A stretch of 61,521 nucleotides of DNA, the filler included, from Candidatus Babelota bacterium (GTDB taxonomy: Bacteria > JAGOBX01): assembly GCA_017999075.1 (NCBI GenBank). It is 14 parts of 14 records of this genome, joined end to end, with 100 filler letters (N's around TTAATTAATTAA, not from the genome) between each part and the next. Parts side by side here need not be neighbours in the genome. Positions count along the whole stretch, not along the records: positions 1 to 3,436 come from JAGOBX010000449.1; positions 3,537 to 6,971 come from JAGOBX010000450.1; positions 7,072 to 10,505 come from JAGOBX010000451.1; 11 more parts are not named here. The stretch is one strand, 5' to 3'. Below the pieces are notes generated by a model. The model was not told where the DNA came from and ran no database searches. It saw nothing but the letters and a program-made list of their open reading frames with translations. A program made the position numbers and the translations under genes. Numbering within the stretch: position 1 is the stretch's first letter; each line of letters starts with the position of its first letter. Below, piece after piece: positions 1 to 10,038 of this stretch.

Positions 1-450
1 CCATACAAATACCATTGCAGTGCAGGGCGCAGCGCCCAATAAAATCGCTCCTGCCACATATTCTTTTGCAAGAGCAGCATCAATAAAATTTTGAAATACA
101 GTATAAAGAAAAAAAGCGGCTATCGCATACATAGTAAACGGTTTTATCAGCCAGTTTGTAACGCAAGTAACTACAAGACCTTTAGGTTTAGTAGTTGCAT
201 TTACTATACTTTTAAAATCTATCTTTAACATCATAGGATAAATCATCAGCCATATTAAAATTGCCACAGGTATTGAAACCTGGGCATATTCAAATTTGGC
301 GAGCGTATTTGGAATAATGGGAATATATTGACCGATTGCTACTCCCGCTATAATGCAAAGCGCAACCCATACAGTCAGATAACGCTCAAAAAAAGAAATT
401 CCGCTGACTTCAGAATTTTTTTTGCAACTTGTTTCACATAATTTGCTCAT
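1..450 (-). CDS. acr3: Acr3-family arsenite efflux transporter (N-terminal part, runs off the window)
   Basis: Manual translation from ATG at 450 (RBS GGAGGA): MSKLCETSCKK..SFFERYLTVWVALCII..VAILIWLMIYPMMLKIDF..NWLIKPFTM..GAILLGAAPCTAMVFVW, typical Acr3 motifs. Lies downstream of arsR. Not in the ORF track. Confidence 0.93.
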   Translation of the reverse strand, partial: MSKLCETSCKKNSEVSGISFFERYLTVWVALCIIAGVAIGQYIPIIPNTLAKFEYAQVSIPVAILIWLMIYPMMLKIDFKSIVNATTKPKGLVVTCVTNWLIKPFTMYAIAAFFLYTVFQNFIDAALAKEYVAGAILLGAAPCTAMVFVW

Positions 451-515
451 AATTGTCCTCCATTATTTTTTTATTCATTTGGGTAATTATTTCAAACTAA
501 TGTTAGAAATAAGTA

Positions 516-860
516 TTATTCGCTGCATTTTCCTGATTCTTTAAATTTTTTTAATCTCTCTTTGTCTTTATTTAGAATTTTATCTTCTTTCAAGGAAAAA
601 AGTGCATCATAAAAAGACTTTTTAAAAAAATTATATCCTTCTTTTGAAATTTTGAAATGTTTCCATTTTCCAACTTTTTTTTCGCTAATAAGTCCGGCAT
701 TCTTCAATTTCAGTAAATGCTGCGATATGCGCGGTTGCGACATTTTTAAAGCGTTTTCAATATCGCAAACGCATAATTCGCCGTTATGCAGAAGCGCTAA
801 TATCCTGAAACGGACTTCATCCGCAACAGCTTTATATTTTAAAATTTCTGTATCAAACAT
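516..860 (-). CDS. arsR: ArsR/SmtB-family metalloregulator
   Basis: ELCVCDI metal-binding box and MSQPRISQHL helix-turn-helix; directly upstream of acr3. Confidence 0.92.
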   Translation of the reverse strand: MFDTEILKYKAVADEVRFRILALLHNGELCVCDIENALKMSQPRISQHLLKLKNAGLISEKKVGKWKHFKISKEGYNFFKKSFYDALFSLKEDKILNKDKERLKKFKESGKCSE

Positions 861-884
861 TTGTCATCCTCTCATTTGAAATAA

Positions 885-921
885 ATAAACATATAATAAT
901 ATGATTATATGTTTATGTCAA
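885..921 (-). promoter_or_regulatory. Sigma70 promoter of arsR-acr3 overlapped by a probable ArsR operator
   Basis: Minus strand TTGACA (921-916)-17 bp-TATTAT (898-893). A perfect 13-bp inverted repeat ATAAACATATAAT (885-897)/ATTATATGTTTAT (904-916) spans it. Confidence 0.8.
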
Positions 922-974
922 GTTTTTTCATTTTTATAGACAGCTTTTCAGTTTTATCTGCTTAGGTAATAATT

Positions 975-2201
975 TTATTTTAACTCTGTTTTTTTCAAAC
1001 GTTCCATAATTTCTTCTTTTGAAAGATAGCCTTCGTGTCTGTCAATTTCAATTCCGTCTTTGCTGAAAAAAAATTGCGTGGGAATAACTTCAACGGGAAA
1101 CGAAGAAGCAAGAGTAGATTCCATATTGACATCTATAAATCTGATTTCTGCTTTGCCTTTTAATTCTTCTTTGAGTTCTTTTAAAATCGGTTCCATCTTT
1201 TTGCAGGGCATACAGGTTCCTGAACCTAAATCAATCAAAGTCGGCAGACCGGTTTTTAAAGAATCGGGTAATTTTATACGGTCTATTTTTGGTTCGAATT
1301 TTTTCAGATTTTTTTCGTTAATTTGGATGACATAATTTTCTTTCAGCGAATCAACAAATATTTTATAATTATTCTGCATTTCTTCCTGAGAAGCTGATGC
1401 CTTCATTTTATCGCGGATAAATGCATTTACAATAATGTCCTGTTTTGCTTTTTCTATTGCGTTGATTATCTCTTTTTTTTCAGCGTAGCCGTTTTTATGC
1501 GCTTCGCTGAAAACTATTTTCTGGTCGATTATATGCTTTAGAAACTCAAGCGGCTTGTCAGAAAAATATCGCTTATATTGAGCGGGCAACGCTTGAATCT
1601 CATTGTCGAATTCGTCCATCGTAATAGTTTCATTACCAATTCTTGCAATAATATTTTTTTGATTGGTATTTGAATTCGCGGTTTGTTCGGTTTCTTTTTT
1701 TGAAAAATATTTGTCAAATTCAAATTTAACCGCAATATCAATTTCTTCGCCTTCGGTTTTATATAAAACTTTTCTTTCCGGATTAACGAACAGAATATAC
1801 GGAATAGTATCTGCGCTGAATTTTTTTGAGATGCTTTTTTTAGCGTCGTCTATCAAAATCGGGAAAGTTAATTTGTTCTGTTTTACAAAATCATCAAGAT
1901 TTTTTTTGAATATATCGCCGTCCATATTTATTGATAAAACAACCAGATTTTCCTTTGCGTATTTAGAATGCAGTTTTTGAAACTGTTTCAGCGTTTCCTG
2001 ACAGGGGATACACATAGCCGAACCAATATCAATCAATAAATATTTCCCCTTATAATCGGCAGAATCAAAAAATTTGCCGTCCAATGTTTTCCCTTTAAAT
2101 TCAGGTATTTTATCGCCTGTCTTCAGCGGCGCGGCAAATGCTTTATGAATATTGAAACAAAATAAAATTGCCAACAATCCGATAACTAAAAAATTTTTCA
2201 T
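975..2201 (-). CDS. Exported fusion: TlpA/ResA redoxin (CIPC) + SurA/PrsA-like helical chaperone segment + thioredoxin (CMPC)
   Basis: Signal peptide; GDKIPEFKGKTLDGK..CIPC; IIARIGNETITMDEFD.. (PrsA/SurA N-terminal-like); C-terminal DLGSGTCMPCKKM..VIPTQFFF..RHEG. Confidence 0.8.
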   Translation of the reverse strand: MKNFLVIGLLAILFCFNIHKAFAAPLKTGDKIPEFKGKTLDGKFFDSADYKGKYLLIDIGSAMCIPCQETLKQFQKLHSKYAKENLVVLSINMDGDIFKKNLDDFVKQNKLTFPILIDDAKKSISKKFSADTIPYILFVNPERKVLYKTEGEEIDIAVKFEFDKYFSKKETEQTANSNTNQKNIIARIGNETITMDEFDNEIQALPAQYKRYFSDKPLEFLKHIIDQKIVFSEAHKNGYAEKKEIINAIEKAKQDIIVNAFIRDKMKASASQEEMQNNYKIFVDSLKENYVIQINEKNLKKFEPKIDRIKLPDSLKTGLPTLIDLGSGTCMPCKKMEPILKELKEELKGKAEIRFIDVNMESTLASSFPVEVIPTQFFFSKDGIEIDRHEGYLSKEEIMERLKKTELK

Positions 2202-2213
2202 AAACCCTCCAGA

Positions 2214-2380
2214 GTAAGGGGCTGTCTAATAAGTTAAAAAAGTAAGGGACTGACTAATAAGTTGAAAAAGTAACTCAAACCTCAGGTTTGAGGAAAATTT
2301 TATAGTTGATACTAAACAGTTTAATCAATGCAGAGCATTGATTTACATTATAAAAATCAACTTATTAGTCAGCCCCTTAC
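2214..2380. mobile_element. MITE-like element with 24-bp terminal inverted repeats; left repeat tandemly duplicated
   Basis: GTAAGGGGCTGTCTAATAAGTTAA (2214-2237) and GTAAGGGACTGACTAATAAGTTGA (2242-2265) are both inverted copies of TCAACTTATTAGTCAGCCCCTTAC (2357-2380). No ORF; two internal hairpins. Confidence 0.75.
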
Positions 2381-2382
2381 GT

Positions 2383-3078
2383 TCATTTAAAAATCAGATA
2401 AAGTCCGACAATAAAAAATATTACTGCAAAGATTTTTTTAAATAAAATTCCTGATTTCTGTAATTTATCCGAGCCAGATATTTTTTGAACAAAGCTCGTA
2501 GCGCAGCCGCCGATTAAAATCGGGACGCAATGTCCCAATGCAAATATTATTATAAGAATAACTCCTTTTATAAAAGTATCCTGAACTGCGACCATTGTCA
2601 GCATCGGCATAATGAATCCGAAAGTGCAGGGACCTGAAATGATACCGAATGATAAGCCCAGCAGAAAAGCTCCAAATGCGCCTTTTCTTGTGGTCTGCAA
2701 TTTCTGAAGTCCAGGTATATTTATTTGAAATAATCCAAACAGATAGATTGCTACTATTATTAAAATTCCGCCAACGATATAATTTCCGATATTCCCGATA
2801 TCGCCAAGCATTCTGCCGAGCATCGAAGTAATAACGCCTATCGCGCTGATTGAAATAAATAATCCGACACAGAATAACAGCGAATAATAAAAAGCGTTTT
2901 TTATTTTTTTATCTTCCGTGAACCCTCCGATATACGCTATAATAAGCGGTATACTTGATAAATGGCAGGGACTGAATATAACGCTTATAATCCCCCATAT
3001 AAACGCGCCGATATACGCAATAGTTCCGGCAGCCATTATCATTTCATTAACTTTTAGAAAATAAGTATCTAACATCAA
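2383..3078 (-). CDS. ccdA: CcdA/DsbD-type transmembrane electron transporter
   Basis: FSPCHL and GPCTFG cysteine motifs, about six TM helices, flanked by thioredoxin genes. Confidence 0.88.
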   Translation of the reverse strand: MMLDTYFLKVNEMIMAAGTIAYIGAFIWGIISVIFSPCHLSSIPLIIAYIGGFTEDKKIKNAFYYSLLFCVGLFISISAIGVITSMLGRMLGDIGNIGNYIVGGILIIVAIYLFGLFQINIPGLQKLQTTRKGAFGAFLLGLSFGIISGPCTFGFIMPMLTMVAVQDTFIKGVILIIIFALGHCVPILIGGCATSFVQKISGSDKLQKSGILFKKIFAVIFFIVGLYLIFK

Positions 3079-3243
3079 CTTTCTCCATATTATATATATA
3101 TTAATATTCCCTCAAATTCCCTCAAAAAATAAGTGCCAATAAAACTTCTACCATTTAAGTCGTTGTGCTTATATTGTATATTAATGATCGATTCAAAATT
3201 TTGTTTTTAGTAACTTGGCAATTTTTAAGGTATGCAGATTTAA

Positions 3244-3340
3244 TATTCAAAACTCAAAGAGGTTTTTCAATTAAAAAATAAACCAACTTAAATTTTAATA
3301 TAAAATTATTTTTCTTAAAAACCGCTTTGAGTTTTGAATA
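3244..3340. repeat. TA-bounded 24-bp inverted repeat (small MITE-like unit)
   Basis: TATTCAAAACTCAAAGAGGTTTTT (3244-3267) vs AAAAACCGCTTTGAGTTTTGAATA (3317-3340), 23/24 complementary. Confidence 0.7.
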
Positions 3341-3436
3341 CTTTTTCGCATTCCTCAAATGAAAAAAAACCTGCATGTCTGAAAAACTCTTTTCCGTCTT
3401 TATCAAGAAAAATTTGGGTAGGTATCGCCTGTATTC
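3315..3436 (-). CDS. Thioredoxin-family protein, C-terminal fragment
   Basis: Manual translation IQAIPTQIFLDKDGKEFFRHAGFFSFEECEKVFKTQSGF*, with the thioredoxin cis-Pro IPT motif; cut by the contig edge. Confidence 0.8.
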
Positions 3437-3536
3437 NNNNNNNNNNNNNNNNNNNNNNNNNNNNNNNNNNNNNNNNNNNNTTAATTAATTAANNNNNNNN
3501 NNNNNNNNNNNNNNNNNNNNNNNNNNNNNNNNNNNN
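3437..3536. other. Artificial contig spacer N44-TTAATTAATTAA-N44 (also 6972-7071, 10506-10605, 14021-14120, 17524-17623, 21023-21122, 24519-24618, 40632-40731, 44121-44220, 47609-47708, 51096-51195, 54583-54682, 58058-58157)
   Basis: Identical 100-nt six-frame-stop linker occurs 13 times; genes are truncated at the linkers. Confidence 0.99.
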
Positions 3537-4500
3537 CATTTAATACAGTCGGCGCAAGTCCGCCTGCTTCTATTGATTGATAAGCAAGTTTCAAACATCT
3601 GAATTTTTTCATATCAGGTTTGTGAAAAGTTAAATTGCACTTTTCTATTAAATCAAGTTTATGGAAACTGTTTTTCAAGCGTTCCGGATAGGAAAGAGCG
3701 TATTGTATAGGCAGTTTCATATCCGCTGTTCCAAGCTGAGCTATAATGGAACCATCTTTAAACTCAACCATAGAATGCACAATACTTTGCGGATGAATTA
3801 TGACTTTAATTTTATCAGGCGGCATATCAAAAAGCCATCTTGCTTCAATTACTTCAAGTCCTTTGTTCATCAAAGTTGCAGAATCTATAGTAATCTTTTT
3901 CCCCATTGACCAGTTTGGATGAGCTAAAGCCTGTTCAGGAACAACATTTTTCAAATTTATATTTTTAAAAAAAAACGGGCCGCCTGAAGCTGTCAATATT
4001 ATATGATCAATTCCCTGTTTATTTTCATTTTTCAAACACTGAAAAATAGCGCTATGTTCCGAATCTACAGGAATGACTTCTGCCCCGTTTTCAGCCGCAA
4101 TTTTTCTTATTATTTTGCCGGCTATTACAAGAGGTTCTTTATTGGCTATAGCTATTCTTTTCCCTTTCTTAAGTCCTGTAATAACCGGCATCAATCCTAT
4201 TGCGCCGACTACAGCCACAACAAGTATATCATATTCTGCTGATTCTGTAAGGCGGACAAGATTATCATCGCCGTAAAAAAACTTGATTTTTCCAAATTTA
4301 TTTTTGAGAGATTCGGCATCTTTAGAATTCGGTACTGAAACAAATTGAGGTTTAAATTCCTGAATCTGTTTGGAAAGGAGCGTTAAATTACTGAACCCTG
4401 AAATTCCAACAACCTTAAATTTGGTTTGAAATTCGCGTACAACATTTAAAGCGCTGACTCCTATTGAACCTGTAGAACCTAAAATTACTATTTTTTTCAT
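3537..4500 (-). CDS. dxr: 1-deoxy-D-xylulose-5-phosphate reductoisomerase (3' truncated)
   Basis: ILGSTGSIG, ANKE, PVDSEHSAIFQ, LTASGGPF, HPNWSMGKKITIDSATLMNKGLE. Confidence 0.97.
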
Positions 4501-5315
4501 ATAAAATCAATAACACGTTCTTTTATATTATAATATAAAACCGTAAAAGTCGCAGTATACAGAAGGCTGTCAAGTCTATCAATTATACCGCCGTGACCAG
4601 GAAGAATTTCACTGTAATTTTTTATGTTGGTAGCTCTTTTTATGGCTGAAGCGCATAAATCGCCAAGAGGACAGATTATACTCAATAATACAGCTAAAAA
4701 TATTATGTCGCCATATCCGATATTTTCAAAATAAATTTTTTTAAAAAGCATAGCATATATTATTGAAGTAAGTGTTCCTCCTATTGCTCCTTCAATAGTT
4801 TTTTTAGGACTTAACACAGGAGCAAGCTGGCGTTTTCCCATAAAACTTCCCACAAAATAAGCTCCGCTGTCGCAGACCCAGCTGAATGATAAAACAAAAA
4901 TTATTAATTTATTAAAATAATTATACGACTGATCTATTCTTGCAAGAAGATTGAAATGCAGTCCAAAAACTCCGAGATATATCAAAGTAAAAAATAAAAG
5001 TTTGGTTTTATCGTAGAATTCAGAAGGCGGAAGAAATAAATAGTTTGAAGTTATTATTATTAAAACCAATCCTGCAAACAAATTAATATTCCACATATAA
5101 TCGCTGTTATAATCAAGATTGACAAAAATTATCAGCGCAGTTATAGTCAATACTTTGTTTATTATACCTACTCCTAATCTGTGAGAATATATGAATTCAA
5201 ATGAACCTGCAGCGAGAAGGAAAGTTATCATTCCACGGTACCACCATCCCCCAAGATTAATCAAAAATAATACGATTGGAATAAGTACTGCAGCCACAAT
5301 AATACGTTTTACCAT
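4497..5315 (-). CDS. cdsA: Phosphatidate cytidylyltransferase
   Basis: SPKKTIEG and IKNYSEILPGHGGIIDRLDS; conserved uppS-cdsA-dxr order. Confidence 0.95.
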   Translation of the reverse strand: MVKRIIVAAVLIPIVLFLINLGGWWYRGMITFLLAAGSFEFIYSHRLGVGIINKVLTITALIIFVNLDYNSDYMWNINLFAGLVLIIITSNYLFLPPSEFYDKTKLLFFTLIYLGVFGLHFNLLARIDQSYNYFNKLIIFVLSFSWVCDSGAYFVGSFMGKRQLAPVLSPKKTIEGAIGGTLTSIIYAMLFKKIYFENIGYGDIIFLAVLLSIICPLGDLCASAIKRATNIKNYSEILPGHGGIIDRLDSLLYTATFTVLYYNIKERVIDFI

Positions 5316-6043
5316 TATTCTTTTACTCCTCCGAACCTTCTATCACGGTTTTGATAATCTATAATAGCCTGAACAAAATCTTCTTTAGAAAAATCTGGCC
5401 AAAAAGTCTGAGTTACCCATATTTCCGTATATGCAAGCTGCCATAATAAAAAATTACTGATACGCATTTCTCCGCTTGTCCGTATAAGCAATTCAGGATC
5501 AGGCATACTTTTAGTATAAAGATTTTCGTGAATTATTTTTTCATCGCAAACTTTATTTCCTGATTTTATAATTGTATTAATTGCATCAATTAATTCGCTT
5601 CTGCCGCTGTAATTTAAGGCAAGATTCAATGTAAAACCAGTATTATTTTTTGTAAGTTCTTTAGCCCGTTCAATATTTTTTTGAATAAAAACCGGTAATT
5701 CCCAAATTTTTCCTATAGTTGATAATTTAATATTATTAGCGTTCATTTCATCGATTTCATTTTCAAGAAAACTTCTAAGAAGATGCATCAAAACTTTAAT
5801 TTCCTTGGAAGGACGCGACCAGTTTTCCGTAGAAAAAGCGTACAAAGTCAATATTTTAATTTCTTTCAATTCTCCGCATATTTCACAAATTCTGCGGACT
5901 GTTTTAATTCCTTCATTATGCCCGAAAAAACGGGGGAGAGTTCTTGATTTTGCCCAACGCCCGTTTCCATCCATAATTATTGCTATATGTTTAGGAATAC
6001 GGTTTTTATCAAGTTTTAAGATAAGCTCATCCATTTTACTCAT
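5315..6043 (-). CDS. uppS: Undecaprenyl diphosphate synthase
   Basis: HIAIIMDGNGRWA, YAFSTENWSR, LIRTSGEMRISNFLLWQ, RRFGG. Confidence 0.97.
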   Translation of the reverse strand: MSKMDELILKLDKNRIPKHIAIIMDGNGRWAKSRTLPRFFGHNEGIKTVRRICEICGELKEIKILTLYAFSTENWSRPSKEIKVLMHLLRSFLENEIDEMNANNIKLSTIGKIWELPVFIQKNIERAKELTKNNTGFTLNLALNYSGRSELIDAINTIIKSGNKVCDEKIIHENLYTKSMPDPELLIRTSGEMRISNFLLWQLAYTEIWVTQTFWPDFSKEDFVQAIIDYQNRDRRFGGVKE

Positions 6044-6154
6044 AAATTATATATTATTTATCTTAGCCAAAAAGTCAAGATTATAATATTAGATTTGATT
6101 TTTTTAATAATATTTATATAATTTTTAAATATTAAACTTGAAAGGAAAAATTTT

Positions 6155-6562
6155 ATGGAAAATAATGGTGTTGAATATATTAAATATGAAGGCAATATTA
6201 TTGCAATAATAATTCCCGCATCATTTGAAAAACCAGGGTTGCATTTCTTCACGCCAGACACTTTTTCGCAGCAGTTGGCATATATGCATCATCCTGAAGA
6301 TCATAAAATAAGTCCGCATATTCATAATCTGCAATTACGTGAAATTCATTTTACTCTTGAAACGCTTTTTATCAGAAAAGGAAAAGTAAAAATTGATTTT
6401 TTTAATGAAAAAAAAGAATATATTATGACAAGGACATTATCCACCGGCGATGTTATTCTTCTTTCAGCAGGAGGTCACGGTTTTACTTTTCTCGAACCTA
6501 CTGATATAATAGAAGTAAAACAAGGTCCTCACGTAGACGGCTGCGATAAAATAAAATTCTAA
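6155..6562 (+). CDS. Cupin-fold protein associated with sugar-nucleotide clusters
   Basis: PHIH..E..GDVILL..GGHGF..EVKQGP cupin pattern; upstream of a DegT aminotransferase. Confidence 0.7.
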   Translation: MENNGVEYIKYEGNIIAIIIPASFEKPGLHFFTPDTFSQQLAYMHHPEDHKISPHIHNLQLREIHFTLETLFIRKGKVKIDFFNEKKEYIMTRTLSTGDVILLSAGGHGFTFLEPTDIIEVKQGPHVDGCDKIKF

Positions 6563-6566
6563 ACAA

Positions 6567-6971
6567 ATGATTATGATACCTGTAAACGAACCTTTATTTT
6601 TGGGAAACGAAAAAAAATATTTATGCGACTGCATAGACAGCGGCTGGATTTCATCTGATGGTCCTTATGTAAAAAAATTCGAATCAGAATTTGCAAAATA
6701 TATAGGAATGAATCATGGAATAGCTGTTTCAAACGGAACAGCATCCATAGAAACAGCTTTATATGCGTTAGGAATTAAAGAAAATGATGAAATAATTATG
6801 CCGAGTTTTACAATAATTTCTTGCGCTGTTGCAGCTCTGCGGCTGGGAGCAAAACCTGTGCTGGCAGATATAGAACCTGAAACGTGGAACATTGACATAA
6901 ACCAGATAGAAAAAAAAATCACTGAAAAAACCAAAGTTATTATGCCTGTGCATATTTACGGACATTCAGTT
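6567..6971 (+). CDS. DegT/DnrJ/EryC1/StrS aminotransferase (perosamine synthase-like), 3' truncated
   Basis: IPVNEP..SGWISS.GPYV..FE..AVSNGT..IMPVHIYG. Confidence 0.9.
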
Positions 6972-7244
6972 NNNNNNNNNNNNNNNNNNNNNNNNNNNNN
7001 NNNNNNNNNNNNNNNTTAATTAATTAANNNNNNNNNNNNNNNNNNNNNNNNNNNNNNNNNNNNNNNNNNNNTTTCAGTTTTTTTTTTTTCTATTCCTTTT
7101 ATTCTTATTTCATCTTTTTATACTTTTATATGCTGGAAAAATAATTATACTTATTTTTTTTTTATTGAATCCATATTTTTATTTATTTCTTTAAGTATAA
7201 TTTTTATCGATAAAAATTATTTATCTATTGTAATTTTATTTTTT

Positions 7245-8381
7245 TTGTCGATGATACCTGTAATTCCTGTGCCTTTTCTATTAAAAGTTCATGTTAAGGA
7301 TATAATAGATCCTGCGGCAGCCGAATTGTTGAAACGTAATATAAAATTTATGGGTATCGCAATTTATATAATGATCAGTATGGTTTTATTAATTTTTACA
7401 ATATTAGTTATCCATAGGAAAAATTTTGAAAAAAAATCAAAAGCTAAAAAAATTCTAATGGAAAAATATAGTGAAGTTATTAATAATTATTTATATGAAA
7501 ATTTGGATATTGCAGAGACTACAAAAAAATTAGGGCATATAAATTATCCTGTATTTCTTATGACAGTTGACAGAATCCTTGATTTGATAAAAGGAGAATT
7601 TGAAAACAAAATTATAGAATTAAGCAAAAATGCCGGAGTTTATAAATTTTTAATAAATGAATCGAAAAATAAAAAATGGTGGAAAAAAGTTAAATCTGTT
7701 TATCATCTGGGAAGGTTAAAATATGAAGAAGGAATCAATAATGGTTTTTATGAAGAAATTTTGAAGAGTAATTCAGAAGATGTCAAGATTGCTGCAATAG
7801 TTGCTCTTTCTTATATTGATAATGAAAAATCCATATATATGATTTCAAAAATGCTTTTTGACACGAGTAGTACAGTGCGGGAAAAAGCAAAAGAATCAAT
7901 AATTAAGTTCGGTAAAAAATCATATCAAATAATTATTAAACTTCTTGAAAACGAAAAAAAACCTGATAAAATTGCATTGCTTTTAAATTTAATGTCGCAT
8001 ATAAAAGACGATAATTTTATAAGTAAAATCGATTTTTATCTTAATCATTATGATAAAAAAATTATCGGTGCGGCTATTGATATTGCCGCATCTTTAGAAT
8101 ATCCCGTCGATTATCCGTTGTTATCCAACCTTCTTCAATCAAATGATATATACCTATTAAAAACCATATTAAAAAATATTCCATATATTGCCGATTTTAA
8201 AATTATAGATTTAATTAAAAATAATCTGGAGCATAAAGATTGGGATATACGTTATTTTACTGCATCAAGTCTTTATAAACTTGGTGATAAAGGCAAAGAT
8301 ATGTTGAACTTTATGATTAATAATTCAAAAGATAAATATGCAGTTGAAATGGCTAAAATGGTTATTGATGAATTAAGATAA
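7245..8381 (+). CDS. Membrane-anchored HEAT-repeat protein
   Basis: One N-terminal TM helix then HEAT-like repeats (KVKSVYHLG, VKIAAIVAL, WDIRYFTASSLYKLG); upstream of a GT2. Start uncertain. Confidence 0.75.
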   Translation: MSMIPVIPVPFLLKVHVKDIIDPAAAELLKRNIKFMGIAIYIMISMVLLIFTILVIHRKNFEKKSKAKKILMEKYSEVINNYLYENLDIAETTKKLGHINYPVFLMTVDRILDLIKGEFENKIIELSKNAGVYKFLINESKNKKWWKKVKSVYHLGRLKYEEGINNGFYEEILKSNSEDVKIAAIVALSYIDNEKSIYMISKMLFDTSSTVREKAKESIIKFGKKSYQIIIKLLENEKKPDKIALLLNLMSHIKDDNFISKIDFYLNHYDKKIIGAAIDIAASLEYPVDYPLLSNLLQSNDIYLLKTILKNIPYIADFKIIDLIKNNLEHKDWDIRYFTASSLYKLGDKGKDMLNFMINNSKDKYAVEMAKMVIDELR

Positions 8382-8563
8382 TGGGAATGTTTCCAAATGA
8401 TTGTTCTGCCATTTTTACAAAATTTATATATTGATAAGCAATAAGGTGATTTTGTAAAAAAATATATAAATATATTTTGAAAACAGTTCTATAATTGAAA
8501 CAATTATTTTATTTAATCTTATAAAAATTGTATTTTTTTCGAAAATACACGGTTTTTAAAGTT

Positions 8564-9955
8564 ATGACTGAATTTTTTAACACATTTATATTGTATTATT
8601 TTATTGTTTTAAATACAGCCTATACAGGAATGATGATAATGTCATTAGTGGGCGTTATACAATATGTCCGGCGTTTAAGACTTGTAAATTTTAAAGATTA
8701 TTTTAAATATAAAATCATTCCGCCTGTTTCAGTCATAGCTCCGGCGTATAATGAAGAATTAACTGTAGCTGAAAGCGTTAAATCATTATTGATGTTGCAA
8801 TATCCTGAATATGAACTTATTATTGTAAACGATGGATCAAAAGACAGAACTCTTGAAGTATTAATTGAAAAATTTGATTTAATTGTATCCAACAAGGCGG
8901 TAAAATTACAAATTTCACATAAACCCATAAAAAATATTTACCGTTCAAAAATGTATAATAACTTAATTGTAATTGATAAGGAAAATGGAAGAAAAGCTGA
9001 TGCATTGAATGCAGGAATAAACTTTTCAAAATATAATTATTTTTGTTCAATTGACGCTGATTCGATTCTTGAAAAAGATTCTATATTGCGAAGTATGCGG
9101 CCTTTCATTGAGGATCCTGATAGAATGATGGCAGTAGGCGGGATAGTGCGTATTGCAAATGGCTGTGATATAAGAGCAGGGGAAGTGACCAATATACGGT
9201 TACCGGACAGTGCTCTTCCGATGTTTCAGGTTATTGAATATTTCCGTGCATTTTTAGCTGGGAGAATTGCATTTGATGTGTTGAATTGTCTGCTTATTAT
9301 TTCTGGAGCCTTCGGAGTTTTCAGGAAAGATGTTGTTTTAAAATGCGGAGGTTATGCTCATAATACTGTTGGCGAAGATATGGAACTGGTTGTTAAAATA
9401 CATAAATACTGCCTTGAAAATAAACTTCCTTATAAAATATCTTTTACTCCAGATCCGGTGTGCTGGACCGAAGCGCCTGATACCACTACGATACTGGGAC
9501 GCCAGCGCAGCCGCTGGCAGCGAGGAACAATGGAAACCTTGTTCAAATACAAAAATATGATTTTTAATCCTAAATATAAGATTGTGGGAATGTTCGGTTT
9601 TCCTTTTTTTCTTTTTTTTGAAATGATGGGACCGGTTGTTGAACTTACAGGATATATATATGCTGTTGTCGGATTGATTACAGGACATATAAATATTAAT
9701 TTTGCGATTATGTTTTTTATTGTTGCTTATGGATGGGGCGTGATTCTTTCGATACTCTCAGTTTTTATTGAAGAAATGTCTTTTAAAAAATACCCGAAAC
9801 TGAATGATGTACTTAAAATTGTTTATTATTCTTTTCTGGAAAATCTCGGATACAGGCAATTAACCCTTATATGGCGCCTTCAAGGTATTGTGGATTATTT
9901 TAGTAATGTTCAATCATGGGGTGAAATGACGCGGAGCGGATTTAAAAAAAAATAA
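8564..9955 (+). CDS. Processive family-2 glycosyltransferase (cellulose/PNAG synthase-like)
   Basis: PAYNE, VNDGS, KADALN, IDADS, GED and QRSRW motifs plus TM helices. Confidence 0.93.
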   Translation: MTEFFNTFILYYFIVLNTAYTGMMIMSLVGVIQYVRRLRLVNFKDYFKYKIIPPVSVIAPAYNEELTVAESVKSLLMLQYPEYELIIVNDGSKDRTLEVLIEKFDLIVSNKAVKLQISHKPIKNIYRSKMYNNLIVIDKENGRKADALNAGINFSKYNYFCSIDADSILEKDSILRSMRPFIEDPDRMMAVGGIVRIANGCDIRAGEVTNIRLPDSALPMFQVIEYFRAFLAGRIAFDVLNCLLIISGAFGVFRKDVVLKCGGYAHNTVGEDMELVVKIHKYCLENKLPYKISFTPDPVCWTEAPDTTTILGRQRSRWQRGTMETLFKYKNMIFNPKYKIVGMFGFPFFLFFEMMGPVVELTGYIYAVVGLITGHININFAIMFFIVAYGWGVILSILSVFIEEMSFKKYPKLNDVLKIVYYSFLENLGYRQLTLIWRLQGIVDYFSNVQSWGEMTRSGFKKK

Positions 9956-10038
9956 TTTTTCAAATTTACAATTAATAAAAATCAAATTAAAATAAAAATC
10001 TATTCTGTTCATAAAAATAAAAATTGACGGAAATACAA

